A model generated the notes under the pieces. The model did no database searches, was not told where the DNA came from, and saw nothing but the letters and a program-made list of their open reading frames with translations. A DNA stretch of 63,400 nt, filler included, from Olpidium bornovanus S191 (taxonomy: Eukaryota; Fungi; Olpidiomycota), in NCBI GenBank assembly GCA_017911155.1. It is 27 parts of 27 records of this genome, joined end to end, with 100 filler letters (N's around TTAATTAATTAA, not from the genome) between each part and the next. Parts side by side here need not be neighbours in the genome. Positions count along the whole stretch, not along the records: positions 49,090 to 52,206 come from JAEFCI010003445.1; positions 52,307 to 53,427 come from JAEFCI010001355.1; positions 53,528 to 55,674 come from JAEFCI010012020.1; positions 55,775 to 59,217 come from JAEFCI010000562.1; positions 59,318 to 62,119 come from JAEFCI010004721.1; positions 62,220 to 63,400 come from JAEFCI010001085.1; 21 more parts are not named here. The stretch is one strand, 5' to 3'. Numbering within the stretch: the stretch's first letter is position 1; every line of letters starts with the position of its first letter. A program made the translations under genes and the position numbers. Shown in pieces: positions 50,812-62,609 of this stretch.

Positions 50812-51792
50812 CTACTTTTGATAAGACCAGACACTGGGAGAGCGGGAGGGATAGGCGTCAGCAATCCCTGGAAGCGAGATAAGCCAACCTCGGATAGCAA
50901 TTTCGTCATGCTCGACAGCCTCGCAACACCAACGGAATTTCGTCGCCAAACCCAGTAAACAACGAACGCGTACGTTCTAAGATACCCGTCCCTGGTAGCA
51001 AGGCGGTTGACCGAGTCGTCGCTCTCGCCGAGGTTCCGGACAAAGCCGGAAAGAGCATATGTTTTGAACGAACCAGTGTAGACGCCGTCGGAATCGGCTT
51101 CGCCAATGTTAATCTGGACGGAAGCGTGCGTGATCTTTGGCGCCCATTAGGCGACCAGTGGCGGAGCTGCAAAAGAAAAGAAAAAAAGGAATCGAAACGG
51201 CAGGAGGGCAGTGGGAACGCGACGTCAATCGTCAGGGACGGGCATTCTGCAACCGGTCCTTTTCCGTTCCCACTAAAGGAATGCGCCCGGGCGTGACACC
51301 AGCAACGGCGACCCCATTCACGGGCAAGATGTCGCCAGTTTCAGGTGGGGCCTTTGGCGGTAGAAATAAGGGGTCCGCGGTTCTCCATTTGTGCTGATGG
51401 CCGGGACTACTCCATGCTCTGTTGCCAGCAGAGTACCGCTAACTATCCCGCTTCATCCCCCGCGCCACCGCTGCGATCTCGTCCTTTTCTCCTCCACCAG
51501 GAGCGGCGCTTTGGTACCGACACGCAGCTTCTCGGAGTGGCCATCAGACACCGCTGTCGGCATGAGGAACACCGGGAAAAGTCGCCGAGAACCAAAAATT
51601 TCGGGAGCACGGCATGGGGACGGTGGGGAGCAGGGGGTGGCGTGCGCGCTACAGGCGCCGGGACGCTCCGAGCGCGCGCACATTTCCCGCCGCCGGCGCG
51701 TGCAACGGCGGAGAGAGAGAGAGAGAGAGAGAGGGTGCTCACCACTTCCTGGGGACGTAGAGGTCGACCACGACGCCCTCGTTGTTCTCCAT
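50812..51792 (-). CDS. RPS21: 40S ribosomal protein eS21, frameshifted in this assembly by a 4-bp duplication
   Basis: Exons 51743-51792, 50974-51166 and 50812-50833: [29 protein letters not shown]-(ASVQINIG...[21 protein letters not shown]...)/VWSYQK*. Exon 2 is 193 nt, but 189 nt is needed to keep frame. Confidence 0.93.
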
Positions 51793-52306
51793 GGCGGCCG
51801 AGACCTGTCCAGGAGCGGGAAAATGCGTGTTTTGGGGGTTTTTTTTTTGCCAGGAAATAACAAAACCCGGGGCGTGCGAAAACGGCCGGCCCCCCCTTTG
51901 CCTTTTTCGCCAGCGCGGGCGCGATCGAAACGAAGAAATGAACAAAACGTCTACCGAGGAGAGCATCCGCCTGTCCCACTTTGATTTTACCGTGATCCAA
52001 AACGACCCCGCGGCACCGGGCATAAAGTGTTCCGGGGCGGTGTTTGAAGCGGGGGGGGGGGGGGCGGGGGGGGGGCAGGGGGGGGGGGGGCGGGGCCCCC
52101 TTTATGCACCAAGCGCATAATTTCCCCAGGGCATTAATTGCCCGACAGCCGCCCCCTCGCGGCATTCCCCACCTACTGAAGGGGGGGGGGTATGCTGCGA
52201 AACTAANNNNNNNNNNNNNNNNNNNNNNNNNNNNNNNNNNNNNNNNNNNNTTAATTAATTAANNNNNNNNNNNNNNNNNNNNNNNNNNNNNNNNNNNNNN
52301 NNNNNN

Positions 52307-52339
<33 letters not shown>

Positions 52340-52772
52340 ACGCGCCCTTAAACCTCTCCGCGGCCCAATCAGAAACGCGGAAAAGAAAAAAGCAGCTTTC
52401 CCCGCAGAACGAAACCAGCGGAAAAAGAAAAAGGAAACAGCCATGGGTACGTTTGCGTGTGCGCCGCGGGCTGCTTTGTTTGCGACGGGAAGGAGGAGGA
52501 GGAGGCGGCGCCCGAAGCATTTTTCCCACGCGGGGAGGGGTGCAGCGGCAAAAACGACCAAAAACCGACCGTCCGGCCGAAAAGACCGTGTGCCCCCCCC
52601 CCCACCCTCCCCTAGTCAAAACGGACGCTCAGTGCGCCACATCTCCCTTTGTGCGGGCCGCCCAGCGCGTTTTCGTCAGCACGACGACACGGCTGACGTC
52701 ACGGGCCCGTTTATTTATTTTTTTTTTCCGTCCCCGCCCGTTCCCCCGCGTGCTGCCCACTGGTCCTCTCAA

Positions 52773-53404
52773 GTCTGCCAGGTTCGCCAGAAGGCTCCGG
52801 ATTTTGTCGGCAGCGCCGTCATAAATGGGCAAATCCAGGAAATTAAGCTTAGGTGCGCCGGTTTTGGCCTTCCGTGGGCCTCGGCAAGTTCGTTCATCTA
52901 CCGGTTTCCACGTTGCCTTCTCTTATTTTTTTTTTTTTTCTCCCGCGTTTAACAGCGACTACAAGGGCAAGTTTGTCGTTCTCATGTTCTTCCCGCTGGC
53001 CTACACCTTTGTCTGCCCGACCGAAGTCGTTGCCTTCTCCGATCGGGTCGAGGAGTTTAGGAAAATGGGCGCGGAAGTCATTGGCGTTTCCGTCGTGAGT
53101 ATCTGTCGGCGCCAGCTCCCGTCGCCACCTCCCTCGCGGGTTCCCTCGGTCTTGGGCCGCATGCCGTGAAACGCGACATAACTGTTTTGGCTGCTTCACA
53201 GGATTCTCCCTTTACCCTCCTTTCCTGGGTGAATGTTCCGCGCCAGCAGGGCGGACTTGGGACGACGAAGATTCCGTAGGTGGCTTCCACAGTTGGCTCT
53301 GGCCTTCTTTTCTGTCCTCGCCTTGGGAGAGGCGTTTCTGACCGCTGTTTCGGAATCGTCCTGTGTATCCCAGTTTGCTCTCGGACTTGAGCCACAAGAT
53401 ATCC
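52773..53404 (+). CDS. Typical 2-Cys peroxiredoxin (Prx1/AhpC), partial
   Basis: [86 protein letters not shown]. Confidence 0.92.
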
Positions 53405-53528
53405 CGGTAGGGAAAAGGACGAGCATGNNNNNNNNNNNNNNNNNNNNNNNNNNNNNNNNNNNNNNNNNNNNTTAATTAATTAANNNNNNNNNNNNNNNNN
53501 NNNNNNNNNNNNNNNNNNNNNNNNNNNC

Positions 53529-55553
53529 ATGCGGCCCCCGCAGCCGCGGCGCGCCGAAGACTGTGATGCACCAGCCGGCTCGCTGAGCTTCATAGATCCA
53601 CCAGTTCTCCACATCCTGCCGTCCCCGGCGCTGGCGCCCGCTTGCCCGACCGGAGCCGACGAGCCGGTCCACGGTTTCGAAGCGGGGTGGGAGACGGAGT
53701 TCGGCGAGTTCATACCATCCTTGGACACCATCGCGGGACATTATCATCCCGACCGCGACGGCGTGGATGTTGCTCGCGGGCACGGCGTCGGCGAAGCAGA
53801 AGCGGAAAGGGGTTCTGCGGAGGGGCGAAGCTATTGCGGGGCCGGTGCCGCCGCGGCACCGTCGGCTGAGGCGGCCCACCTGCCGTCGCCTTCTCCGTCC
53901 TCGAGCAACGGCCTCAAGACCCTCAGCAACTGCGAGCAGCACGCGACGTCCGGGGCTACTCACGGGTACGTGCCCGCTCCGCCACCGCAGCGTGTGCAGG
54001 AGCACCGTCATCTCCAGGGCAACCAGAACCGCCAGCAGGCATGCCCCCCCCGGTATAACCATCCGGCCGCCGCCCCGCCTGCCTACCATCCTCCAGTGGA
54101 GCATGCGCCTCCGACCGCCGCTGCCCCGTTCCACAGTATTGCTCCACCTATTTCTTCGTCCCCCCAGAGGAGTCAGCAGGACCCCTTGCCCTTGAGACCG
54201 TTGGTGTATAAATCGCCGAAGCTTTCCGTGGGATACCGCATCGCCGACGGAAGCGCTGGCACAGGCGGCGGTTACGGCGGAAGCAGGTACAACGGCAGTT
54301 TGGACGAGAGCTCAACCAACGTGTACATCGCAAACCTTGCGCTGGACATGACGGAGAAGGTGAAAATCATCTGACTTTCGTTTAGCAGTGACTCTGCAGC
54401 AAAATCTAAACGCCGTATTGCTTGAAGTGTTTCCAAATACCGCGAATTATCGACTAACGCCAGTTTCTTACACGCTTCGCTGAAACAGGACGTCGAGAGA
54501 CTCGTCGCTCCTTACCCTACTAGTTCCTGCAGGGTCCTTTACGACGGTGACGGCCGCTCGCGGGGCGTCGGCTTCGCGCGCCTCCTTGACCGCGAGTCCG
54601 CGCTCGCGGTGATCGCAGAACTGAACGGGCGGCGCATTCCCGGTGCGCAGGCGCCGCTGCAGGTCCGGTTTGCCGACAGTCTGTCGCAGAAGAAGCTCAA
54701 GGTCGCCGGAAAGGTCGCCGGAAACATCGTCATCGGCGGGAAGAGGGCGACCGGCAGCTCGGTGGAGGCGAGCGAGCGCGCGGTTCCTCCCCGCAACCGC
54801 GAGCGTCAGCTCCGTCCGCACCACGGCGAGCGCAGCCGCCCCAGAGATCTTCCGGCGGAACCGGCCGTCCGAGATTGCGCCCCGGCGGTCGTCGCGGTCG
54901 CGCCCCCGACCCCGCCGACGGCGGCGGCTTCTTCGGCCGCGTCCGAGCCGCGGTCCCCGGCGACGAGCGCGGCCGGCGTTCCGGAAGGGACCGCGGCCGG
55001 CGAGGGCGGCCGTCCTTCGGCCTCTCCGCCGTCCCGCGCGGGCCCCGCCGTCTCCGCCGCGGAATTCGACGCGTACGCCGACCGCCGCGACGGCGAGCAG
55101 CAGAAGCCGAGCAGCGAATCCGACGACCCGGACCGCGCGCAACGCACCGCGAGCGCGGACAGCGGTTGCGCCACGTCGGTCAACCAGACGCCTCCGCCTC
55201 AGAAGCCGCAGATGTTCTTCCTGGCCGCCGACGGCTCCGTGAGGTATTTATTGAAAGACGGGGGTGGGGGAAATTGGGGGGGGTTTTTTTGCCGTTGTTT
55301 GAGTTACTTTTTCCCGCGGGGATTCTCGAACCGTATTTGGCGATCTGGCGCTTCCGATCTCTCACCCTTTCGCGACATCCCCCCCCCCCCGTTTTCCGCT
55401 TGTCGCGCGCCCGGGTTTAAATCCAGGCCGTACCCGCCGCGGTATACAAGCAGGTCTACGGGACACGGCCAGGCTCCAAAGTCGGAGAGGCAAGACATGG
55501 AACGTCAGGTCCAGCAGCTGTCGATCCACCAAGCCGAGGTCTCCGCCAAGTAG
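53529..55553 (+). CDS. RBMS/MSSP-like RRM RNA-binding protein (5' truncated)
   Basis: TNVYIANLALDMTEK/DVERL...RVLYDGDGRSRGVGFARL...LQVRFADSLSQKKLK, flanked by Pro/Ala/Ser-rich low-complexity sequence. Confidence 0.75.
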
Positions 55554-55608
55554 CTGGGCAGGTCCTCGATGGTGTTCCTCCTACTCGTCCAATCTCCCCC
55601 ATCCGTCT

Positions 55609-55674
<66 letters not shown>

Positions 55675-55775
55675 NNNNNNNNNNNNNNNNNNNNNNNNNN
55701 NNNNNNNNNNNNNNNNNNTTAATTAATTAANNNNNNNNNNNNNNNNNNNNNNNNNNNNNNNNNNNNNNNNNNNNC

Positions 55776-57786
55776 GCTCGCCCTGAAGGGCGCGACACAG
55801 GTTCTCCAATTTGACGTTCCGCTTTTGGATCGAATCACACGTTTTGCGCGACTTCGCCTGCTCCTCAGCCATCTCCAAAATTTTGAGGTTCATGGTGTCG
55901 CATTTTCCACGGAGCATCGAGTTGTCCTTCTCCAGCCGTCTTGTCCGCTTCGTCATCTTTTTTTATTATTAAAATGAGTGTGCATGAGGCTCCGTGTGAG
56001 CGATTCCGACAAATTCTCCAGGATACCAGACCGTAGAATCACGGAAACACAGCGGCAGAAAAACGACGCGGGACGTTTTGCGCTCACTCGCCTCTTCCAT
56101 TTCCTTCCTAAACGCCGTAAACAGCTCGCTGCTCTTGTTGAGGGTGTCCTCCACCTGCTTGAACCTCTCCACGTACACGGCGATCTGCTTGCGATGCTCA
56201 TGCTCGGTCGTGTCTAGCGTCGCTATCTGGGCTTCCAGTTCCGCTACCTGGGCCGCATCCCGCCCGGAGGCTTCCGCCTGCTTCGCAAGCTTGGCTTCAG
56301 CCAAGCGCAGCTCCAGATCCTTGGATTTCAGGACGCACGTGAAGTGCTGCTCGCGCAATTCGTACTGCGTCAGGAATGACTCGAATTTCTCACGCATACT
56401 GGAGCGTACGCCGAAATCGGAAGAGGTCTAAGCGAAACGCTTGGACAAGAATAGAGTTGCCGTTCGCTATTCGCAAACTGCTCACTTCTCGTTATCGTCC
56501 AACCTCCTCCTTCTCTCGTCCGTGTCTGCTTCCATCTTGCTCTTGATATCCGAAATCGTTCTTTCAAACTTGTTGCTCAGTTCTTCGCGTTTTTGAAGTT
56601 CAGCACTCGCGAGCTGCTTTGACTCCTCCTTGATCCGCTTGTTTTCTCTCTGCAGTTGGCGGCACAGGCTCTCCAACTTGGCTTTCACCGACAATGCCTT
56701 GTTGCATTCCGCTTTAGCTGTTGGAAACGGAGAAAATATGATATCCGCCTGCAGCATAAGCCAAGCAGTCACGCAGAGAGTGGCCGTGCGCCAGCTTATG
56801 TTTTTTGGCTCCTTCCCGGCGTCCCATTTTATTTTGAACAACATGGTGGCCACGTACATGCGTCCCTCTCTTTGGTCAAGGCTTCCAGCCTCTTCTTCGA
56901 CTTTGCATTATCTCGTTCTAGACGCTTTAAGTCATGGAACTACGGGCGTGCCGGGAGTGACAGCCAGAATTTCAAGGGAAGCGTTCAAAAAGGCTGTTCT
57001 GAAACGGGGTACGTGCTCAAACTCTGGAACGTTGCGCACCAAGTCCATGTATTTTTGATGCACAAGGGAGTTTTTGGCAGACTGGTCGTTGACCGGGGCG
57101 TTAACCAGCTCCTTGAACTCCTTGTTCGCTTTACGAATGGATTTCGCTGCAGAGGGGAGGAGGGGCAAGCGGCAGGTTGTCGAGGACGGCGCGGCTCGTT
57201 CAGCAGTCTCTTTGGGAAACAAAACCACACCGTTGGATACACACCCAAAGCCCGCTCTTCTTCGTCCTCTAAAGCCGTCTCAGTTTCCAACTGAGATATG
57301 CGAGACTGGACCATGTTGTTGAGTTCATCAGCAGTAGGCGGCTTCTTCGTCTTCTTCCATGCCTGACCGTTGGCGCCCACGGCCGGGCCAGATTGGGCGG
57401 GCGCAGCCGGCGGCGTGGACTTTGCTGCAGACGCGGAGGAAACAGACGAGGCGGCCTGCGCACTCTGCTCCTCTTGCGGGCCTTGGTTGGGCTGCACCGG
57501 CTGCGAGGATTTCGCAGCCGGCGGCCTGGGCTGCGGCCGTCCCGACGCGCCCGGCGCCAACGGCGAGAACGCCGGCGCGCTGTTGTCCGACACCACAGCG
57601 TGCGACGTGGCTCCGACCGGAGTCTCCGCGCCGCGGGCGCTCCAGCCAGCCGGCCCGGGGACTTTCGGGGCCGCGCCCCGCGTTTCTTCGGCGCACAAGC
57701 CAGAGCCGGCGCCGCAAGGGACGCCGGAGTTGGCAGCGGCCGCACACGTCTGGCGGGCGGCTTGAACCTCGATCGGCGACCCGTAA

Positions 57787-57820
<34 letters not shown>

Positions 57821-58013
57821 CGCCGCCGCCGCCGTTCTCGGGTTCGTCTCCCCCGTTAGAACGCCGGCTGTTTCGGCGCTTCTGCGGATGCCGCCGCGCG
57901 GTGGCGGCGGGGTCCTCTGGGGCGCGCGGCGGCGCGTGGCAGGCGGCGTCCCTGCACCGGCAGGCGGCGCTGCCGCGGCGGTGCCGGTGCTGCTCGTCGT
58001 CGTGGGTGGTCAT
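55776..58013 (-). CDS. Taxilin-family coiled-coil protein (3' truncated)
   Basis: KAKLESLCRQLQRENK, KREELSNKF, LREKFESFLTQYELREQHF, YVERFKQVEDTLNKSSELFTAFRKEMEE, MTKRTRRLEKDN and KLENLCRALQ. Confidence 0.92.
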
Positions 58014-58144
58014 AGCGCGGGCGGGGGTGCAGGAATCTTTCCGCCCGCGGTGCTTTCGACCGCCCTCGCGCCACCCGGCGGGCGGACAGAGGGGGGAGAG
58101 CGGAAGAAGAAGAAGAAGAAAAAAAAAAAAAAAAAAAAAAAAGG

Positions 58145-58182
<38 letters not shown>

Positions 58183-58340
58183 CGAAAAAAAAAAAAAAAA
58201 AACCCCCCCCCCCCCCCCCCCCCAACCCCCCCCCCAAAAAAAAAAAATCTGGCCGCTCCGTTGCAAAGTAATCGTACTTTCATTTCCTACACGTCATGAG
58301 GTGCTGGTCATTCGTCATCTTCGGGTGGTGCGTCTACGAG

Positions 58341-58977
58341 TGTAACGTGCGAAATACTTAATCTGCGCGTGGCGCTATCTGGAGATTTGTACTTGCCGTC
58401 TAGCTCTGGATCTGGGTCTGGCAGTACGCAAAAGTACAGGATTCTGGAGGTCCTTGTAGCTCTAAAGGTACAGGGCGTAAGCGCTTTATATAGGCGTGGC
58501 TACCCTAGCCGGCGCCGTAGCGAATATGCACTGTCTGTGCGCGCAGTACTGTGCGTATTCGTGCGCAATATCTGGCCCGCCATACGTGGAGCGCAATATC
58601 CAGTATTGCGGCTCCGGCACTGGCGTTGGGCTCGGAAATTCTACGGGGGCGCAGTGGAAATTCACCGCGGGCTCGGAAAATACTCCGGGGCCCACAGCGT
58701 GGTGGGAATTCGCCGATATTATGGCTCGGGCGCCACCACACTGGTGAGCCCACCACACTGCGGGTGCCACCACACTGGTGAGCCCGCCCGTCTTGGTCTT
58801 GGTCTTGATCTGGAGGTCACGTGATGTCGCGACTAAACACACTGGTGTGTCTAGTGATCTCGGCGATTTCTGGGTCACGTGACCGTTGCCTGGCGGGTGC
58901 TCCCATGAGGGGCTTGACGCAGCCTGAGGGGTTTGACGCCACCGTAGCAGGCGCGCCGTGACACCCCCCCCACTTTT
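58341..58977 (-). mobile_element. LTR (~623 bp, 58341-58963) with adjacent polypurine tract; 3' LTR of a minus-strand LTR retrotransposon
   Basis: Terminal inverted repeats TGTAACG...CGTGACA. The minus-strand [17 protein letters not shown] abuts the TG. TATATAAAG lies on the minus strand at about 58490, with internal direct repeats (CACCACACTG x3, GTCACGTGA x2). Confidence 0.72.
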
Positions 58978-59351
58978 CGGTTCCAAAAAGTCTAAACAAA
59001 AGTGGAGCGCGAACGGGGGCGAGCTTAAATCCTGGCGTGCATAAAAAGGCGGCGGGGGCCTCCCCGGAGCTTCGCTCCGCCGTGAGGCCACCGTCTATCT
59101 CCGTCCTCAAAAGGAAAGAACGATGCTCTCGGAGGCCCTGCAGGCTCGTGTAGGGCGCGCCGTCGCTCGCGCGCGCCTTAACACCACGGTCTCCGACGCG
59201 TGGCGGCTGGACGATTCNNNNNNNNNNNNNNNNNNNNNNNNNNNNNNNNNNNNNNNNNNNNTTAATTAATTAANNNNNNNNNNNNNNNNNNNNNNNNNNN
59301 NNNNNNNNNNNNNNNNNACAGCCCCCCCGCCCCCCCCCCCCCCCCCCGCCC

Positions 59352-59407
<56 letters not shown>

Positions 59408-59475
59408 TCAGATAACGACGCCCCGCCCGTTACCGTTCCGACGCGCGTACCGAAAACAAAAAAATATATATACAG

Positions 59476-60361
59476 GGCCACCGCCGCGTTCACGGACTTC
59501 CTCGCCGGTCTGCCGCTGATCCTCAGCCACATATGGACTACTCACGAGAGCGCGGCGGCCGCTCTTGCCTGGACGGCCGGCGTGCTGGTGTTCGGCCACG
59601 CGGCGACAATGCGTGAGTCCTGGAGGAAAGGAGGGGGGGGGGGCCTTCGCCGGCTTCGCCCCTCACGAAGCTCAGGAATCGTCCCGAAAGCAAACACCGT
59701 TTGGACCTTTTTCATTTCGCGAAGCTTTGAAAGATATTTACGGGGTTTCTTCTGTTCCGCGAAGCTTCGTTTTTCTTTTGGATTCCGCGAAGCTTAAAAA
59801 ACTCGAAAGTCTGTTTTGACTTTTTCTATTGTTACGTTTTTTCTACCTAAAAAAAAAACGCGGGCGCCAGTGTACGGGATGTTCCGGGTCTGGAAGCACG
59901 ACAGCCTGTCGGAGGCGCTGCTGCCGCAGCGCGTGGCGCTGCCGACAACGGATGACCAGCGCCAGCAGGTGTCCGGAACCGCGCGCGCGCTGCAGGTGCT
60001 GACTGCGCTGGCGCTGGCGCTGTACGCCATCTTCGGCATCCGCGCTCTGATCGTCGAGGACCAGCGCGTCGGCTTCGCCTACGTCACCAGGAACTACTGG
60101 CCGCTGACCCTTCTGGTCAACACCCTGGCCGGACAGGTCTTCGCCGCCGTTTACATCGCCCTGCGCGAAGGGTCCACCGCCTCCGCGGGCGGAGGAGCAG
60201 CCGCCGCCGCGCTCGCCTGGATCCTCGCCGTCATCCTGTTCGGGAACGCCGCCACCTGCGTCTACCTGATCATGGCCCTCAACTCCGCCCGCTCCGTCCG
60301 CGAGGGCGTCCTGGGCCGCTACCCAGTCGGGACACGCGGAGGGTACGCCCCGGTCCCTTGA
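59476..60361 (+). CDS. DUF1475-like multi-pass membrane protein with two internal repeats (5' truncated)
   Basis: Repeat 1 is AFTDFLAGLPLILSHIWTTHES...AWTAGVLVFGHAATM/LYG and repeat 2 is WPLTLLVNTLAGQVFAAVYIALREG...AWILAVILFGNAATCVYL. Confidence 0.65.
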
Positions 60362-61599
60362 AGAGAGAAAAACAAGGGGGAGGGAAGTTGGAGGACAGAC
60401 AGAAAGAGAAGGCGGTCCAGGGGGAGGAGAAAAAAAAGTGGTGGGGTTCAAGCGAAGGCGAAATTTTCTTTTTCTCCGGCCCGCCGTCGCCGTCGTTCGG
60501 AACAAAAAAGAGGAAAGGGAAACGGACGACAAACAAGCGCGCGTGTTGCAAGAGGGGGAAGGGGTTTGGTGAGGGGGGCTGGTTCGGTTCGATTCGCCCC
60601 GCCCGAATACCCGCGTTCTCGCCGTCATCTCCCTTCCCCTAGCCCCACTTTTGTCCTTTCCCCCGCGGGCGCCTTTTTTTCGATTTTTTTGCTTCTCGAA
60701 GTCGGCCGCGCGGGGTCCACATTTTTCTCCCGGTATTTTTTTTTGTTTTTTGCTTTTTTTTTGTTTTTCACCCGGACGAAACGGAAATCCTTTGCGCAAA
60801 CGCCACGTCTTCTTTTTGCTTGTCGTTCGCGTCCCGAAGTCGCGCGCGGAAGTTATTCGAATTTCCCGTTTCGGCGCCCACCCCGCCGTACTTTTCCAAC
60901 AAAAAAAAACATTCCTGCGTCCGGTTTATCTCGTTGTTTTGTTTTGGGAAATGAGTGAAAAGTCTGGGTTGGATGAGGCAGGATATGATTGCTTTGGCGG
61001 CCCTTTGCCGGGGAGGATCGCGCCTTTTCCTTTTGTATTTCGGGAAGGGGCGGGGTTGGGGTGCGTGGAAGCGATAGTGGTTGCCGGATTTGTGTTTTTC
61101 TTTTTTTAAAAAAAAAGAAAAAGAACACCGTTTGTTGTTTTGTTTTTTTTGTCCTGTTTGGTTTTCCGTGAGGGAAAAACGAAGGAGGGGGAGAGGCAGG
61201 TGGCGCGAAGAATTGCGGCGGAAGTCGGCCGATCCTTTGTCGCGCGCCGCGAGACTTTTTTTTTTTTTTTTTCTTAATTTCGCTTGTTGCAAACCCCGGG
61301 CCGGGCGGGGACGGCGAGAAAGAAGAAAAAGAAAATCGCGGAGGTGGGGAAGGCCGCGTCGATGCCGGAGCGTTTGCCCCGCGCGTCGCGAGAATGGGGG
61401 GAGAAGCTGGGGTTCCGCCCCCCACGTCCCCCCCACCTCGCCCGGCGACTTCTTCCCCCCTTCCCACCTTTTCCCTTTGTTGGGCCAGAGGCACAAAACC
61501 CTTTCCGTGTATTCTCTAGATGACGCTAAACACGCAAGAAGGGTAAAACTTCTCGAAGAAAAAGGGGGAGGGAGAGGGGCGCAGAGTTTGGACAAAACG

Positions 61600-61604
61600 A
61601 AAAA
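61600..61604 (-). terminator. RNA polymerase III terminator (T5)
   Basis: T run directly 3' of the tRNA discriminator base. Confidence 0.8.
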
Positions 61605-61678
61605 TGTTCCCTACAGGGGTCGAACCTGTGACCTTGGCGTTATTAGCACCACGCTCTAACCAACTGAGCTAAGAGAGC
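61605..61678 (-). tRNA. tRNA-Ile (anticodon AAT), intronless
   Basis: GCTCTCT TA GCTC AGTTGGTTA GAGC G TGGTG CT-AAT-AA CGCCA AGGTC ACAGG TTCGACC CCTGT AGGGAAC A forms a full cloverleaf with A/B boxes and is followed directly by TTTTT. Confidence 0.95.
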
Positions 61679-62060
61679 GGAAGTAGCGGATTTAAACGCT
61701 GGGGGATCGATGATTATGACAAAGCAAAGAGCCAAAGCGTCGCACACGGAACGAGGCCGCAATGTCGGGCATGTTGTGGTTGTGGTTGTGGTTGTGGTTG
61801 TGGGGGGGAGGGGGGGGGGGGAAAGGGGGATCCGCATCCCCGTCGCGTTGCCGGACATATCCTGGCGCAGTTCGCAAAACGCAAATGTTGCATACAGTAA
61901 AATGTTTCTCGGCGCCGGCGGCCGGAAAAAAAAAAAAAAAAAAAACACGTCCTGGCCCTTTCCCGAAAGATTCGAACACACCCCCAAGCCGCGGGTGAAA
62001 TCTCGGCCGGCCGCGCTCGACGAAGAAACGTCGCCCCCCTTCTGCGCGGGAGTGAGGTCT

Positions 62061-62112
<52 letters not shown>

Positions 62113-62220
62113 GTGTGGCNNNNNNNNNNNNNNNNNNNNNNNNNNNNNNNNNNNNNNNNNNNNTTAATTAATTAANNNNNNNNNNNNNNNNNNNNNNNNN
62201 NNNNNNNNNNNNNNNNNNNC

Positions 62221-62609
62221 CCACCGCCATACCGCTCTCTGTGGCGTGTATCTCCCAGAATCCGGACGGAAGAAATCACATTCATTCTCAAACGGTTGGC
62301 AGACGTTCGGCTGCGCCCGGGAATCCTGAGTGTAACCGACGGCAGTAGGTTTTCCGTGGACGTGCGCGGCCGCTCGCGTCGTGTTTGTCAATTCGTCCCC
62401 CCCACTAAAACAAGGGCTCCCTCTTCGGGTCCCCCGCCTTACTGTTTTCAGACCGGCACATCAAGACGCAGATTTTGTCCGGGACGTGCGCGCACCTTTT
62501 CTACCTGTATCCTGTGCTTTGCGACACGATAACGTGCCAGGACGCGACCGTCATCGCGCTGCTAAGGCAATGCCTCCGGAAAATCGGGAACGGTCTTGGT
62601 ATATGCTAG
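62221..62609 (+). CDS. MON2: Mon2 (endosome-Golgi Arf-GEF-like scaffold) C-terminus
   Basis: PRIRTEEITFILKRL, then after an intron (acceptor 62451) AHLFYLYPVLCDTITCQDATVIALLRQCLRKIG...*. This resembles the Mon2 C-terminal domain. Confidence 0.68.
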
